From: an uncultured delta proteobacterium
GTDB lineage: Bacteria > Desulfobacterota > Binatia > UBA9968
NCBI GenBank assembly: GCA_963811315.1
Contig: CAWERH010000039.1
Coordinates: 4,501 to 68,500, forward strand
Direction of reading: 5' to 3'
DNA length: 64,000 nucleotides
In this document: piece after piece, positions 52,488 through 60,963 of the stretch
Numbering within the stretch: the first letter of the stretch is position 1
Layout of the letters: each line of letters opens with the position of its first letter
Program-made: the position numbers and the translations under genes
The notes under the pieces: model-generated
Told to the model about the DNA's origin: nothing
Seen by the model: only the letters and a program-made list of their open reading frames with translations
Databases searched by the model: none

Positions 52488-52562
52488 TCATGCTGAGCAA
52501 AGCGAAGCATCTCGCATTCCTGAATGTTTAGGTTGAGATTCTTCGGCTGCGCCTCAGAATGA
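52488..52562. repeat. MITE/REP-like hairpin, full copy (GTCATGCTGAGCAAAGCGAAGCATCTCGC...GAGATTCTTCGGCTGCGCCTCAGAATGAC)
   Basis: ~75-nt imperfect inverted repeat, intergenic. Confidence 0.55.
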
Positions 52563-52607
52563 CACCTATGAATGGCAAAATGATCAGGTTGCATCATCTT
52601 CGCGTGC

Positions 52608-53564
52608 TCATGTTGACTGCGGATTCGTCGAAATATATTTCGCCGCTTTTTGCGGGTCGATGCCGTCAGCGCGCAGTTGCACTTGCGCCGCCTCTTCCTG
52701 AAGTTGAAAGGTCACCGTGTAGGCCGACTCGTCGCCCCAGCCACGGTTGACTCCCGCTATCAGAGCTTGCTCCGCCAAATTGGCAAGCGGCAAGGGCACG
52801 TCAAGCTCACGTCCCAATGCCGTCGCCAAACCGACGTCTTTACGGAGCAACTTGAGTGGAAATGTATCGGTTTCGTAATCGTTGCGAAAAACCGTCTGCG
52901 GCACTTGCACATGGAGTACGTGCATCCGGCCGACCATGCCCCGGCGCACGCACTCCCAGAGTGATTCGGTATCGACACCCGCTTTGACGCCAAGGGTGAG
53001 TCCTTCGGCGATGGCTTGAGAGATCGTGCTGTTGATCATTTGGTGGACGAGCTTGCAGATGCTGCCGCTGCCCAATGGACCTGCGTATAAGACTTGATCG
53101 CCGAACGCGCGCAGCACCGGAGTAACCCGCTCAAAGATTTCTCGAGCCCCGCCGACCATGACCTCATGAATACCGCGCGCCGCGCCCGGCTGACCGGAGG
53201 CGACGGGCGCGTCGAGCACGAAAGCGCCTTTGGCGCGAAAAAGCGGTTCGAGGCGGCGAACCAACGACGGTGGACTGGTGGAGATATCGATGAAGACCGA
53301 TCCCGGCTTTATACCTTCGAGAATTCCCTGGACGCCGGCTGCGATCTGCTCGACGTCCTTGGGCATCGGTAGCGCGGTGATGATGATATCGCTTTGCCGC
53401 GCCAGGTCCCTGGCGGAGTCAACGACTTTGGCGCCGTGTTCGCCAAACGAGCGAGTTGCTTCGTCGCGCAGATCGAACACAACCATTGGAAAGCCCGCCC
53501 GCTGGATATGGCCCGCGACGGGTCCGCCCATGTTGCCGAGACCGATGAAACCGATTGTCTCCAT
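52608..53564 (-). CDS. NAD(P)-dependent oxidoreductase, 3-hydroxyisobutyrate dehydrogenase/6-phosphogluconate dehydrogenase-like family
   Basis: METIGFIGLGNMGGPVAGHI (Rossmann fold) ...GPLGSGSICKLVHQMI.. 318 aa, intact. Confidence 0.85.
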   Translation of the reverse strand: METIGFIGLGNMGGPVAGHIQRAGFPMVVFDLRDEATRSFGEHGAKVVDSARDLARQSDIIITALPMPKDVEQIAAGVQGILEGIKPGSVFIDISTSPPSLVRRLEPLFRAKGAFVLDAPVASGQPGAARGIHEVMVGGAREIFERVTPVLRAFGDQVLYAGPLGSGSICKLVHQMINSTISQAIAEGLTLGVKAGVDTESLWECVRRGMVGRMHVLHVQVPQTVFRNDYETDTFPLKLLRKDVGLATALGRELDVPLPLANLAEQALIAGVNRGWGDESAYTVTFQLQEEAAQVQLRADGIDPQKAAKYISTNPQST

Positions 53565-53786
53565 CGTTGCTCCTCATCGCCACGTATGATTTCCCAGCTT
53601 ATCGCAGAACGCCCAGTCCAGTGTCAACGCGGGGATACGGAAATTTCACGACGGGGAGCGCTGAGTGCGCAGAGGCAAAAGCTCAAATGAAAGAGTTGCG
53701 TTCGCAGTGTCGCCGCGGTGAGAACTTTGCCTTTCTCGTCTGCTACGATTCTGATAATGATCAGGCGCCGGAGAGGAGCAAATTCT

Positions 53787-54788
53787 ATGGGACACATGAT
53801 GGACGGCAAATGGGTTGACGACGACCGCATCACCGCCGATACGCGCGGCGCCTTCGTGCGCGCCGATTCGCAATTTCGCAGTTGGATTACCGCCGACGGC
53901 GGCGCGGGACCTTCAGGCAGCGCCGGTTTCAAAGCGGAGCCCGGCCGCTATCATCTGTTCGTTTCCTACAACTGTCCTTGGGCGCACCGCGCGATCATCT
54001 TTCGCAAGCTAAAGAAGCTCGAAGACGTGATTTCCATGTCGCTTGCCGACAAGCCCAAAGCGCATGGCTGGGCTTATTCCGAAGTCATCGACGATTTTCG
54101 TCCCGAGGACGACGGCATCTTTCGTTTGCACCAGGTCTATGCGGCGGCGGATCCGAAATATACCGGCAAGGTTACCGTGCCGACACTCTGGGACCGCGAG
54201 CGGCGCACGATCGTCAACAACGAATCCTCCGAAATCATTCGCATGTTCAATTCCGCCTTCGGGGCGTTTACCGAGGTTGATTACGATTTCTATCCGGCGT
54301 CTTTACGCGGCGAGATCGACCGGATCAACGAATTGGTTTACGGCCATTTCAATAACGGCGTGTACCGCGCCGGCTTTGCGCGCAGTCAGGAAGCCTACGA
54401 AGACGCCGCGCGCAAAGTTTTTATTTGTCTCGACGAAATGGAACGCCTGCTCGGTGCGCGGCGTTATCTTGCGGGGGAGCGAGTCACCGAAGCCGATTGG
54501 CGCGCATTTCCGACGCTGTTGCGCTTCGATCTCGTTTACTACAGCCACTTCAAGTGCAACCTGCGCCGGATCCAGGATTATCCCAACCTGGCGAATTATC
54601 TGCGCGAGCTCTATCAGTGGCCGGGGATCAAAGGCACCTTCGATTTGCAGAAAATCAAAGAGGGTTACTACAGCCAGCGCAACGTCAACCCGACGGGCAT
54701 CGTGCCGATCGGGCCGATTCTCGATCATTTAGAATCGCCGCACGACCGGAACCGGTTGCCTGCCGACGGCGGCTTGAAGGAATATTAG
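53787..54788 (+). CDS. glutathionyl-hydroquinone reductase (Xi-class GST, YqjG/ECM4 family)
   Basis: ..FRSWITADGGAGPSGSAGFKAEPGRYHLFVSYNCPWAHRAIIFRKLK.. (CPWA active site). ATG 53787 after a GGAG-rich SD. Confidence 0.8.
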   Translation: MGHMMDGKWVDDDRITADTRGAFVRADSQFRSWITADGGAGPSGSAGFKAEPGRYHLFVSYNCPWAHRAIIFRKLKKLEDVISMSLADKPKAHGWAYSEVIDDFRPEDDGIFRLHQVYAAADPKYTGKVTVPTLWDRERRTIVNNESSEIIRMFNSAFGAFTEVDYDFYPASLRGEIDRINELVYGHFNNGVYRAGFARSQEAYEDAARKVFICLDEMERLLGARRYLAGERVTEADWRAFPTLLRFDLVYYSHFKCNLRRIQDYPNLANYLRELYQWPGIKGTFDLQKIKEGYYSQRNVNPTGIVPIGPILDHLESPHDRNRLPADGGLKEY

Positions 54789-54809
54789 ACCCGAAAGGAC
54801 CAAGAGGGC

Positions 54810-54837
54810 GGGTTGGAAAACCCGCCCTCCAGGTTAG
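54810..54837. terminator. perfect palindromic hairpin GAGGGCGGGTT-GGAA-AACCCGCCCTC between convergent genes (candidate bidirectional terminator)
   Basis: 11-bp GC-rich stem with a tetraloop, between the GST stop (54788) and the corrected PPOX stop (54850). A related copy is at 13622-13645. Confidence 0.45.
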
Positions 54838-54849
54838 ACACTTTTGTGG

Positions 54850-55270
54850 TTAAATTCTGTTTACGCTCTGGGGGCCGACTTTTTCCATTTTGACGCGGAT
54901 GATCACGCGCTTTTCGTCGGCCATTTTGGTTCTTGTACTCGTCCCAGTTCTTGTGCTCGCCGCGGATCTGCTTGTACCAATAAATCAACATATCCATCGC
55001 GTCTGGCAGCTCGATTATTTCCGCTGTGCCATGGATCTGCACGAACTTCGAGCCGCTGTATTGCTCGCCGAAGATCAACAGGGAAACGCGCGGATCGCGG
55101 CGCAAATGCTTGATCTTGTAGGTCGTGCCGCGGGAGGTGATGATTACGCGTCCTTCGGCGTCGATGCCCGGCGTGACGAAAGTCATCTGCGGCCAGCCGT
55201 CTTTCTGGCGCACTGCAATACAGGCCCGGTGGTTTTGCTGTAGAAACTTTTGCGCGTCGGCGATTTCCAT
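54850..55270 (-). CDS. pyridoxamine 5'-phosphate oxidase (PPOX) family protein, putative F420/FMN-binding split-barrel; frameshift at the A4/T4 run near 54905
   Basis: ATG 55268-55270 after SD AAGGAG: MEIADAQKFLQQNHRACIAV..RVIITSRGTTYKIKHLRRDPRVSLLIF.. The C-terminus is recovered as ..MADEKRVIIRVKMEKVGPQSVNRI* in the adjacent frame. The ORF-tool tail translating the hairpin is rejected. Confidence 0.7.
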
Positions 55271-55470
55271 TGTCTCTCCTTTTAGTCGCTGCGGCTGCTT
55301 TCCGGCAGCTTGCTGCGTAACGATCAGTCTTGGTTCGTCATTCCCGCATGCTTTTAGCGGTGAATCCAGGCGCAATCAGGCGGATCGGAACTGCCCCGAT
55401 TAAAGCATTCGGGGGTGACGGTTCAGGTAAAAATTCTAAATCTAATGCCGTCAACCCAACGGGCCCGGGT

Positions 55471-55710
55471 TTAACCGTGCCCATTGGTTCCCCAGGTTCT
55501 GCCGTCGATCCACAGCTTCGCGAGTTCGAGCGCGTAGGCGTCGGCCTGCCGCTGCGTGTCGAAAGTGCCGCGGCGCCGGCCGAAGATCGGGATGCGTTTT
55601 TCTTTTTGATTTTCAAATACCACAATGGTCGCTCTGGCGACCCACTCGCCCGATTTGGTTTGCTCGGCCTCCAGTTCGACGCGATGGCCCCGATAGGTTT
55701 TAGTTCGCAC
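55471..55710 (-). CDS. small hypothetical protein (79 aa)
   Basis: Non-repetitive ORF MRTKTYRGHRVELEAEQTKSGEWVARATIVVFENQKEKRIPIFG.. No clear SD and no family recognised. Confidence 0.3.
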   Translation of the reverse strand: MRTKTYRGHRVELEAEQTKSGEWVARATIVVFENQKEKRIPIFGRRRGTFDTQRQADAYALELAKLWIDGRTWGTNGHG

Positions 55711-55718
55711 TGGTAGAG

Positions 55719-55818
55719 GAAAGGATGAAGGATAAAGGCGGAAGGATGAAGTACGCAGATCGTCGATTTGGGTCTTCCCTCAATTTATCCTTTATCCTTT
55801 TGCCTTTATCCTTTCTTC
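55719..55818. repeat. AAGGATRA-type 8-mer tandem units and their inverted complement forming a long imperfect hairpin
   Basis: ggaaaggatgaaggataaaggcggaaggatgaag ... cctcaatttatcctttatccttttgcctttatcctttc. Confidence 0.45.
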
Positions 55819-56647
55819 AAATACTGACCTTGCCGCCGTTGAGCTTGATGCCGAGCTTCGCCAATGCTTCGACCACTGGGATCTCCGCGCCGAGCGCTTT
55901 GCCGACATCGGCGGCGAGCGGCAGATCTTTGTCGTAGAGATTCGTGCCGGGATTGAACGTCAATTCGCCGCCGGAGATGTCGTAGCGGGTTTCCCAGCGA
56001 TCGAGGATGTGCTGCGACTTGGTTTTTTTCATCAGATCGAGCGCGGCCTTGTAGCTGACGCCGCCGGCCTTGGCGATCTGCAGCGCTTCATAGACGATCA
56101 ACGCTTCGGAGGCGGTGACCATGTTTTTGAATAGTTTGGTCACGTTGCCGCAGCCAAGCGGACCCATGTGCACGGCGTCTTTCGCCATCTTCAGCAGATG
56201 CGGCTTGGCGCGCTCGAAAAAAGCTTTTTGCCCGCCGACGAGAAAGGTCAAACCGCCCTGGCGCACCATGCTGGGAACCGCCGTCATGCAGGCGTCGATG
56301 ACGTTGACGCGTTTGTCGGCCGCCAGCTCGGCAACTTTTTTTGTCGTTGCCGGACGGATCGTGCTGTGGAGCAAGACCAGCGCGCCGGGCGACGCGCCCT
56401 CCAAAATGCCGTCGGCTCCGAGCACGCAGTCCAAGACTTCCTGATCGGTGCGCACGACGACGTCGATGAGCGTGCAGGATTGCGCCACGGCCTTCGCCGA
56501 CGGCGCGGTTTCAGCGCCTTCCGCGCGCGCCGCTTCCAAAGCGGCGGGGGCGATATCGAAGGCGGTAGCGACGACGTTGGCGAGTTTCAATCGCGATAAC
56601 AGGGCGCTGCCCATCGCGCCGGTGCCGACAAAGCCGATTTTGTCCAT
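55817..56647 (-). CDS. NAD(P)-dependent oxidoreductase, 3-hydroxyisobutyrate dehydrogenase-like family
   Basis: MDKIGFVGTGAMGSALLSRL.. 276 aa, intact. Confidence 0.85.
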   Translation of the reverse strand: MDKIGFVGTGAMGSALLSRLKLANVVATAFDIAPAALEAARAEGAETAPSAKAVAQSCTLIDVVVRTDQEVLDCVLGADGILEGASPGALVLLHSTIRPATTKKVAELAADKRVNVIDACMTAVPSMVRQGGLTFLVGGQKAFFERAKPHLLKMAKDAVHMGPLGCGNVTKLFKNMVTASEALIVYEALQIAKAGGVSYKAALDLMKKTKSQHILDRWETRYDISGGELTFNPGTNLYDKDLPLAADVGKALGAEIPVVEALAKLGIKLNGGKVSI

Positions 56648-56660
56648 GATTCGATTCCTC

Positions 56661-57677
56661 CTAAGCTTTTGCTTCGAGCTGCGGCATGACCTGTTTGGTA
56701 AATAATTCCAACGAGCGTGAGGTTTCGTCCGGCGACAGATCGCCGAAAGCGAATTGACCGACGAGATAGTTGCAGCCCGCTTGAGCCATTTGATCCTGTA
56801 AAAAAGCGGTAACGGTCGCCGGACTGCCGGCGATACCCTGGCCCACTTTTATGAGCGCGTCCAACTCCGCCGGTCGCTGATGCACCGGGCCTTTGCCGCC
56901 GCGATGGTAGAAAAGATGGTTGAAGCTCTTATGCCATACCGGATAGGCCCTGCGGCCAATCTTGACCGCTGCATCGTCGGTTTCCGCGACGAAGATGAAG
57001 CGGCCCAGACCGATCAGCGGCGCGATGGGATTTTTCGCCTGCGTCTCGCGCCATACTTCGCGAAAGCGATCGGTGAATTCACGGGTCTTGTCGGCGGGAT
57101 CGAGGCTCACGACATTCAGTCCTTGGCGCGCCGCTCGTTCCGCGCTCACCGTCGAGTGCACGCCGTACCAGACCGGCGGATGGGGTTTTTGCAAGCACTC
57201 CAATTCCATTGGCACGTCATCGAACGAGAAACAGTCGCCGTGAAAGTCGAGCGTCTTGTGGGTCAAGCCGCGCATGATGAGTTCGAGTCCCTCGACGTAC
57301 ATTGCCTCGGCCTTGGCGGGATCATTGCCGTAGATCGCTGCTTCGATCTGCGATGCGCCGCGGCCGAAGCCGATGTCGAGGCGGCCGCCGCTCATCTGAT
57401 CGAGCATGCAAATCTCTTCGATCAGGCGGATCGGATGATAGAGCGGCAGGGCATAAACCAGCGGCCCGAAACGCAGCCGCTTGGTGCGCTGCGCCACCGC
57501 GGAGAGAAAAACGCTGGGCGAAGGCGCCATGCCGAGCGGCGTCGAGTGATGCTCGGCGACGTGATAGGCGTAAAAACCCTCGCGATCGTAAGTCTCGATG
57601 AGTTGAAGGCGCGCCTCGTAATATTCGCGCAGCGGCAAATTGTTGCGGTCCAGGTGGTCGAAAATCCCAAACTTCAT
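56661..57677 (-). CDS. LLM-class flavin-dependent oxidoreductase (luciferase-like monooxygenase)
   Basis: MKFGIFDHL...YHVAEHH..LVYALPLYHPIRLIEEICMLDQMSGGRLDIGFGRG.. 338 aa, intact. Confidence 0.85.
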   Translation of the reverse strand: MKFGIFDHLDRNNLPLREYYEARLQLIETYDREGFYAYHVAEHHSTPLGMAPSPSVFLSAVAQRTKRLRFGPLVYALPLYHPIRLIEEICMLDQMSGGRLDIGFGRGASQIEAAIYGNDPAKAEAMYVEGLELIMRGLTHKTLDFHGDCFSFDDVPMELECLQKPHPPVWYGVHSTVSAERAARQGLNVVSLDPADKTREFTDRFREVWRETQAKNPIAPLIGLGRFIFVAETDDAAVKIGRRAYPVWHKSFNHLFYHRGGKGPVHQRPAELDALIKVGQGIAGSPATVTAFLQDQMAQAGCNYLVGQFAFGDLSPDETSRSLELFTKQVMPQLEAKA

Positions 57678-57759
57678 ATCACGCGGGATATATCGTGAAT
57701 CTTGGTGAAATCAAAGGCCGCGGCGGAGAAATTGAAGACGCGGCGGCCGGTTCGGTTTT

Positions 57760-57812
57760 GAATCAGCCAACGGCTTGAACGTTTTGAACGATTGGAACGT
57801 CTTGAACCCGGT
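57760..57812. repeat. inverted copy of the GTTCAAAACG/GTTCCAA tandem array
   Basis: ggcttgaacgttttgaacgattggaacgtcttgaaccc is the reverse complement of the 8358 and 45745 arrays. Confidence 0.4.
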
Positions 57813-57818
57813 TAAAAT

Positions 57819-58880
57819 TCAGCCAAGTCCGTAAAACTTGCGCGGATTTGACTCGAGAATCTTCTCGATGACCGCCGGGGCGATGCGGCGATCGTTGCGC
57901 AGCAGACGGATCGCGTTGAGCTCGGATGAGGGATCGTGGTGACCGTAGTCGGTGCCGATCATGAGAGCATTTTCACCGGCATGGCTCAGGACGTAAGGGA
58001 GATCGTCGGTATTCTCGCACGCCACCCACATGTTGTTGGCGGCGAGCGGATCGGCGGGAAACGGCCTGCCCTGACGGCGGAAGCGATCGGCCAGATCGTT
58101 CAGAACATAGGGCACCCATTGGGCGCTGACCTCGACGAAGCCCCAACGGACCTTCGGGAATTTTTTCGGCAACTCTTTCTCGATCAGCGTGTGACAGGCG
58201 CCGACGACCGTGAGTTTGAACTTGGTAAATGTCGTGTCCTCGGCGAAAAAATCGTGGTGGAGGAAACTGCCGTTGGCGGAATGGACGCAGACGGGCAGAT
58301 CAAGATCGCCGCACATCTCCCAGAGCGGATAAAAGTAGGGAGATCCGAGCGCCTGCTCGCACTCCAACCCGCGCATGAAAAGCCCGCAGGCGCCGTGGTT
58401 CTTGGCCCACTCCAACTCATCGCGCACCGCTGCCGGAGTTTTTTCCAGAAGCCGCAGCGGCGGCTTCACCACCCAGCGCAACCGGCCCCGTCCTTGGCGC
58501 CAGAGATCGCCCATCCAGCGATTGTACGATCTGCAGAGAGCGCGTTCGCGCGCGGCGTCCTGCACGATCGGGCGGAGAAACAGCGTCGGATAGAGCACCT
58601 GAGTCTCGATGCCAAGCTCGTCCATGTGCGCGAGCCGGGATTCGACGCTGAGCATTTCGCGCGATTCTTTCGAGGTGTCGGTGCCGACGTTGCGGTCTTT
58701 GCCGTGCGCGCGTCCTTCGATCACCCAAAAGTCGCGCACAGCAGTGCCCTCGTTGCTGCGCAGCTCCGCGCCGAAGCTCTGGGTCATCAGTTGCGGCGCA
58801 AAGCGGCGCTCATCGTCGTCAAGATAACTCCAAGTCTGCACCGTCTCGATCACGTGCGCGTCAGCGTCAATCGCTCCCAT
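57819..58880 (-). CDS. amidohydrolase-2 family protein
   Basis: MGAIDADAHVIETVQTW...YPTLFL..PVCVHSANG..IGTDYGHHDPS..FYGLG. 353 aa, intact. Confidence 0.85.
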   Translation of the reverse strand: MGAIDADAHVIETVQTWSYLDDDERRFAPQLMTQSFGAELRSNEGTAVRDFWVIEGRAHGKDRNVGTDTSKESREMLSVESRLAHMDELGIETQVLYPTLFLRPIVQDAARERALCRSYNRWMGDLWRQGRGRLRWVVKPPLRLLEKTPAAVRDELEWAKNHGACGLFMRGLECEQALGSPYFYPLWEMCGDLDLPVCVHSANGSFLHHDFFAEDTTFTKFKLTVVGACHTLIEKELPKKFPKVRWGFVEVSAQWVPYVLNDLADRFRRQGRPFPADPLAANNMWVACENTDDLPYVLSHAGENALMIGTDYGHHDPSSELNAIRLLRNDRRIAPAVIEKILESNPRKFYGLG

Positions 58881-58893
58881 CGGTTTCTCCTTA

Positions 58894-59883
58894 CTAAAGG
58901 CCCTTGGCGGCCTCTCGCACCACCGATGTGTCGATAAGTGCCGCCGGCGCGACGTTCTTTGCCTCGGGAGTACTCCTCGCTAGATCTTCAAGGATCGTCT
59001 TTATTCCATCCTCGTACGGGGTTGGAATATCGGGAAGGATTTTTATTTGGTGCTCCAGCGCCGTCTTTACCGCTTCGTGATCGGTTGTGCGCACATATTT
59101 GGCGAGTACTCTTTCGGCAAACGGCCGGTCGTTTTTGATCCGTTTGATCGCCAGCATGGAGGCTCTCATAAATCTGACCACCACTGAGCGATTCTTTTCC
59201 AAAAAGCTCCGCGTCGTGCCATGTCCCGTGAGCAAGTAGGGAACTTTGAGTTCTTCCAAATCGAGCAGGATGTGCATGCCGGCTTTCTTCACTACCGGTG
59301 TGATGATCGGCGAGAAAACCGACAGAGAAATATCTCCTCGTTGCATGGCAAGCAGTCTGTCGCCTTCTAGCCCAATTTGAATCATCGTCACGTCGGTCTT
59401 CTTTAATCCTAGATGCTTTAAGGCATACTCGGCAACGAAGTCGGAGGTCGAGCCGAAGCGGCTGACGGCCAATTTTTTTCCTTTTATATCTTCGGGCTTT
59501 TGGATCTCAGGCTTCGCTCCCAGGGTGTAGGCCATCACGTTCTGCAGTCGGCTGATGACGACCACGTCTTTATTTCCTTGCAGGTACGCATAAGCGGCGG
59601 ATGTGCCGCCGATCAAGCCGATGGGACTCTGGCCGGTAACCAGCAGCTGCACCGCGAGCGAGCCGCCACGAATCAAAAGCATGCGCACGTCCAAGCCTTG
59701 CTCGTCGAAATAGCCGGCATCCTTCGCGACCCAGAGGCTCAGCATATTCGCGTTGGTGGCGGAGTAGGTCACGGGCAGTACGGTCTTTTCCTGCGCCAAA
59801 GATTTCGAGTCGCCGCAAAAGAGAAAAATAACGGCGAGCACAAGCATCGAAGCGTTTTTCATGAGACGACTCTCCCGCGCCAT
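58894..59883 (-). CDS. NMT1/SsuA-like periplasmic substrate-binding protein
   Basis: 329 aa with signal peptide. It lies 14 nt upstream (transcriptionally) of amidohydrolase 57819-58880 on the same strand. Confidence 0.85.
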   Translation of the reverse strand: MARESRLMKNASMLVLAVIFLFCGDSKSLAQEKTVLPVTYSATNANMLSLWVAKDAGYFDEQGLDVRMLLIRGGSLAVQLLVTGQSPIGLIGGTSAAYAYLQGNKDVVVISRLQNVMAYTLGAKPEIQKPEDIKGKKLAVSRFGSTSDFVAEYALKHLGLKKTDVTMIQIGLEGDRLLAMQRGDISLSVFSPIITPVVKKAGMHILLDLEELKVPYLLTGHGTTRSFLEKNRSVVVRFMRASMLAIKRIKNDRPFAERVLAKYVRTTDHEAVKTALEHQIKILPDIPTPYEDGIKTILEDLARSTPEAKNVAPAALIDTSVVREAAKGL

Positions 59884-60131
59884 GACTGCGATTCTTGGTT
59901 GCTCCCCTTTGAAGAAGAAAACTGAGCGGATTTGATCTTTCGTGGACCCTACATCTTGTAATCTGACGGAACCTAATCCAGTTCAAGTTCGTCTGTCAAT
60001 GCGCGGAGTGCGCAAATGCCAAATGTTACGTGACGGCAGTGCGTCAGCGCTTGACAGAGTTCGCCGCGGACGTGTTATAGGTCGCCTTGAAAATGATCAA
60101 CCTTGCTAAGCGAGTGAAGGAGAGCTATCTT

Positions 60132-60963
60132 ATGATTACCGACAAAGCCGGACGCGATCACTTCGTTATCGACCAACACGTACACGTCGGCATGCGACCC
60201 GCACGCTCGACGACTGCGTCGAGTTCGTACTTACCCGATGAGTTGCTCGCCAACATGGACGCAAGCGGCGTCGATATGGTGGTGGGATTTCCGAAAGCCA
60301 ATTCGCATACGGACTACCGGGTGGAAAACGAGCGGATCATCGCCGCGATGAAGCAGCACCCGACGCGGATCGTTGCCTTTGCCCGGATCAACCCGTACTT
60401 CGGCGCCAAGGCGGTCGCCGATGTTCACGACTACGCGGCGAAAGGCGCGCTCGGCTTAAAGATTCATCCGCTGCGGGATTTCTCCGGCAACCGTGTCAAC
60501 GATCCCGAGTTGATGTTCCCCATCGTCGAAGCGGCGCAAGCGGAAAAGCTTTTGCTTCTCGTGCACAGCGGCAATTCTTGGAACTGCGCGCCGACCTTGA
60601 TCGCCGATCTCGCAAGCAATTTTCCCAAAGGCTAATTTCGTGATCGCCCACTCGGCGGGCTTCGAGGGCCATCAAGAGGCGATCGTGGCAGCGCGCCATC
60701 AAGATAATTTGTATTTCGACACCGCGTCGAACGGGTATCCCGACATCACCACCAACGTCGTGCGTGCCCTCGGCCCTGAGCGGGTCGTTTACGGTTCGGA
60801 CCATCCAACCTTGCCGTTTGGATTCGAGATCGGCAAAATCGTCAAGTATGCGGGCCTCAATTCCGATCAGTTGGATTTGATCCTCGGTAAAAACCTCACG
60901 CGCCTGTTGCGCATCGAGCCGAAACCGTCCGCGCCGAAAACCATGGACATCACGCAAATCTGA
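60132..60963 (+). CDS. amidohydrolase-related TIM-barrel metal-dependent hydrolase; frameshift near 60625
   Basis: ATG 60132 after SD AAGGAGAG: MITDKAGRDHFVIDQHVHVG..LKIHPLRDF..LLLLVHSGNSW..SNFPK | ANFVIAHSAGFEGHQEAI..LYFDTASNGYPD..VVYGSDHPTLP.. Confidence 0.7.

Noticed and set aside
54785-54849. ORF-tool C-terminus of the PPOX gene (..LTTKVSNLEGGFSNPPSWSFRV) overlapping the GST stop
   Set aside because: This tail is a translation of the palindromic terminator hairpin. A one-base correction in an A-run restores a canonical PPOX C-terminus ending at 54850, which removes the convergent overlap.
8358-57812. CRISPR array interpretation of the short tandem repeat arrays
   Set aside because: The units are 7-9 nt with no unique spacers, and the arrays are only 30-60 nt long. 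No cas genes are present.
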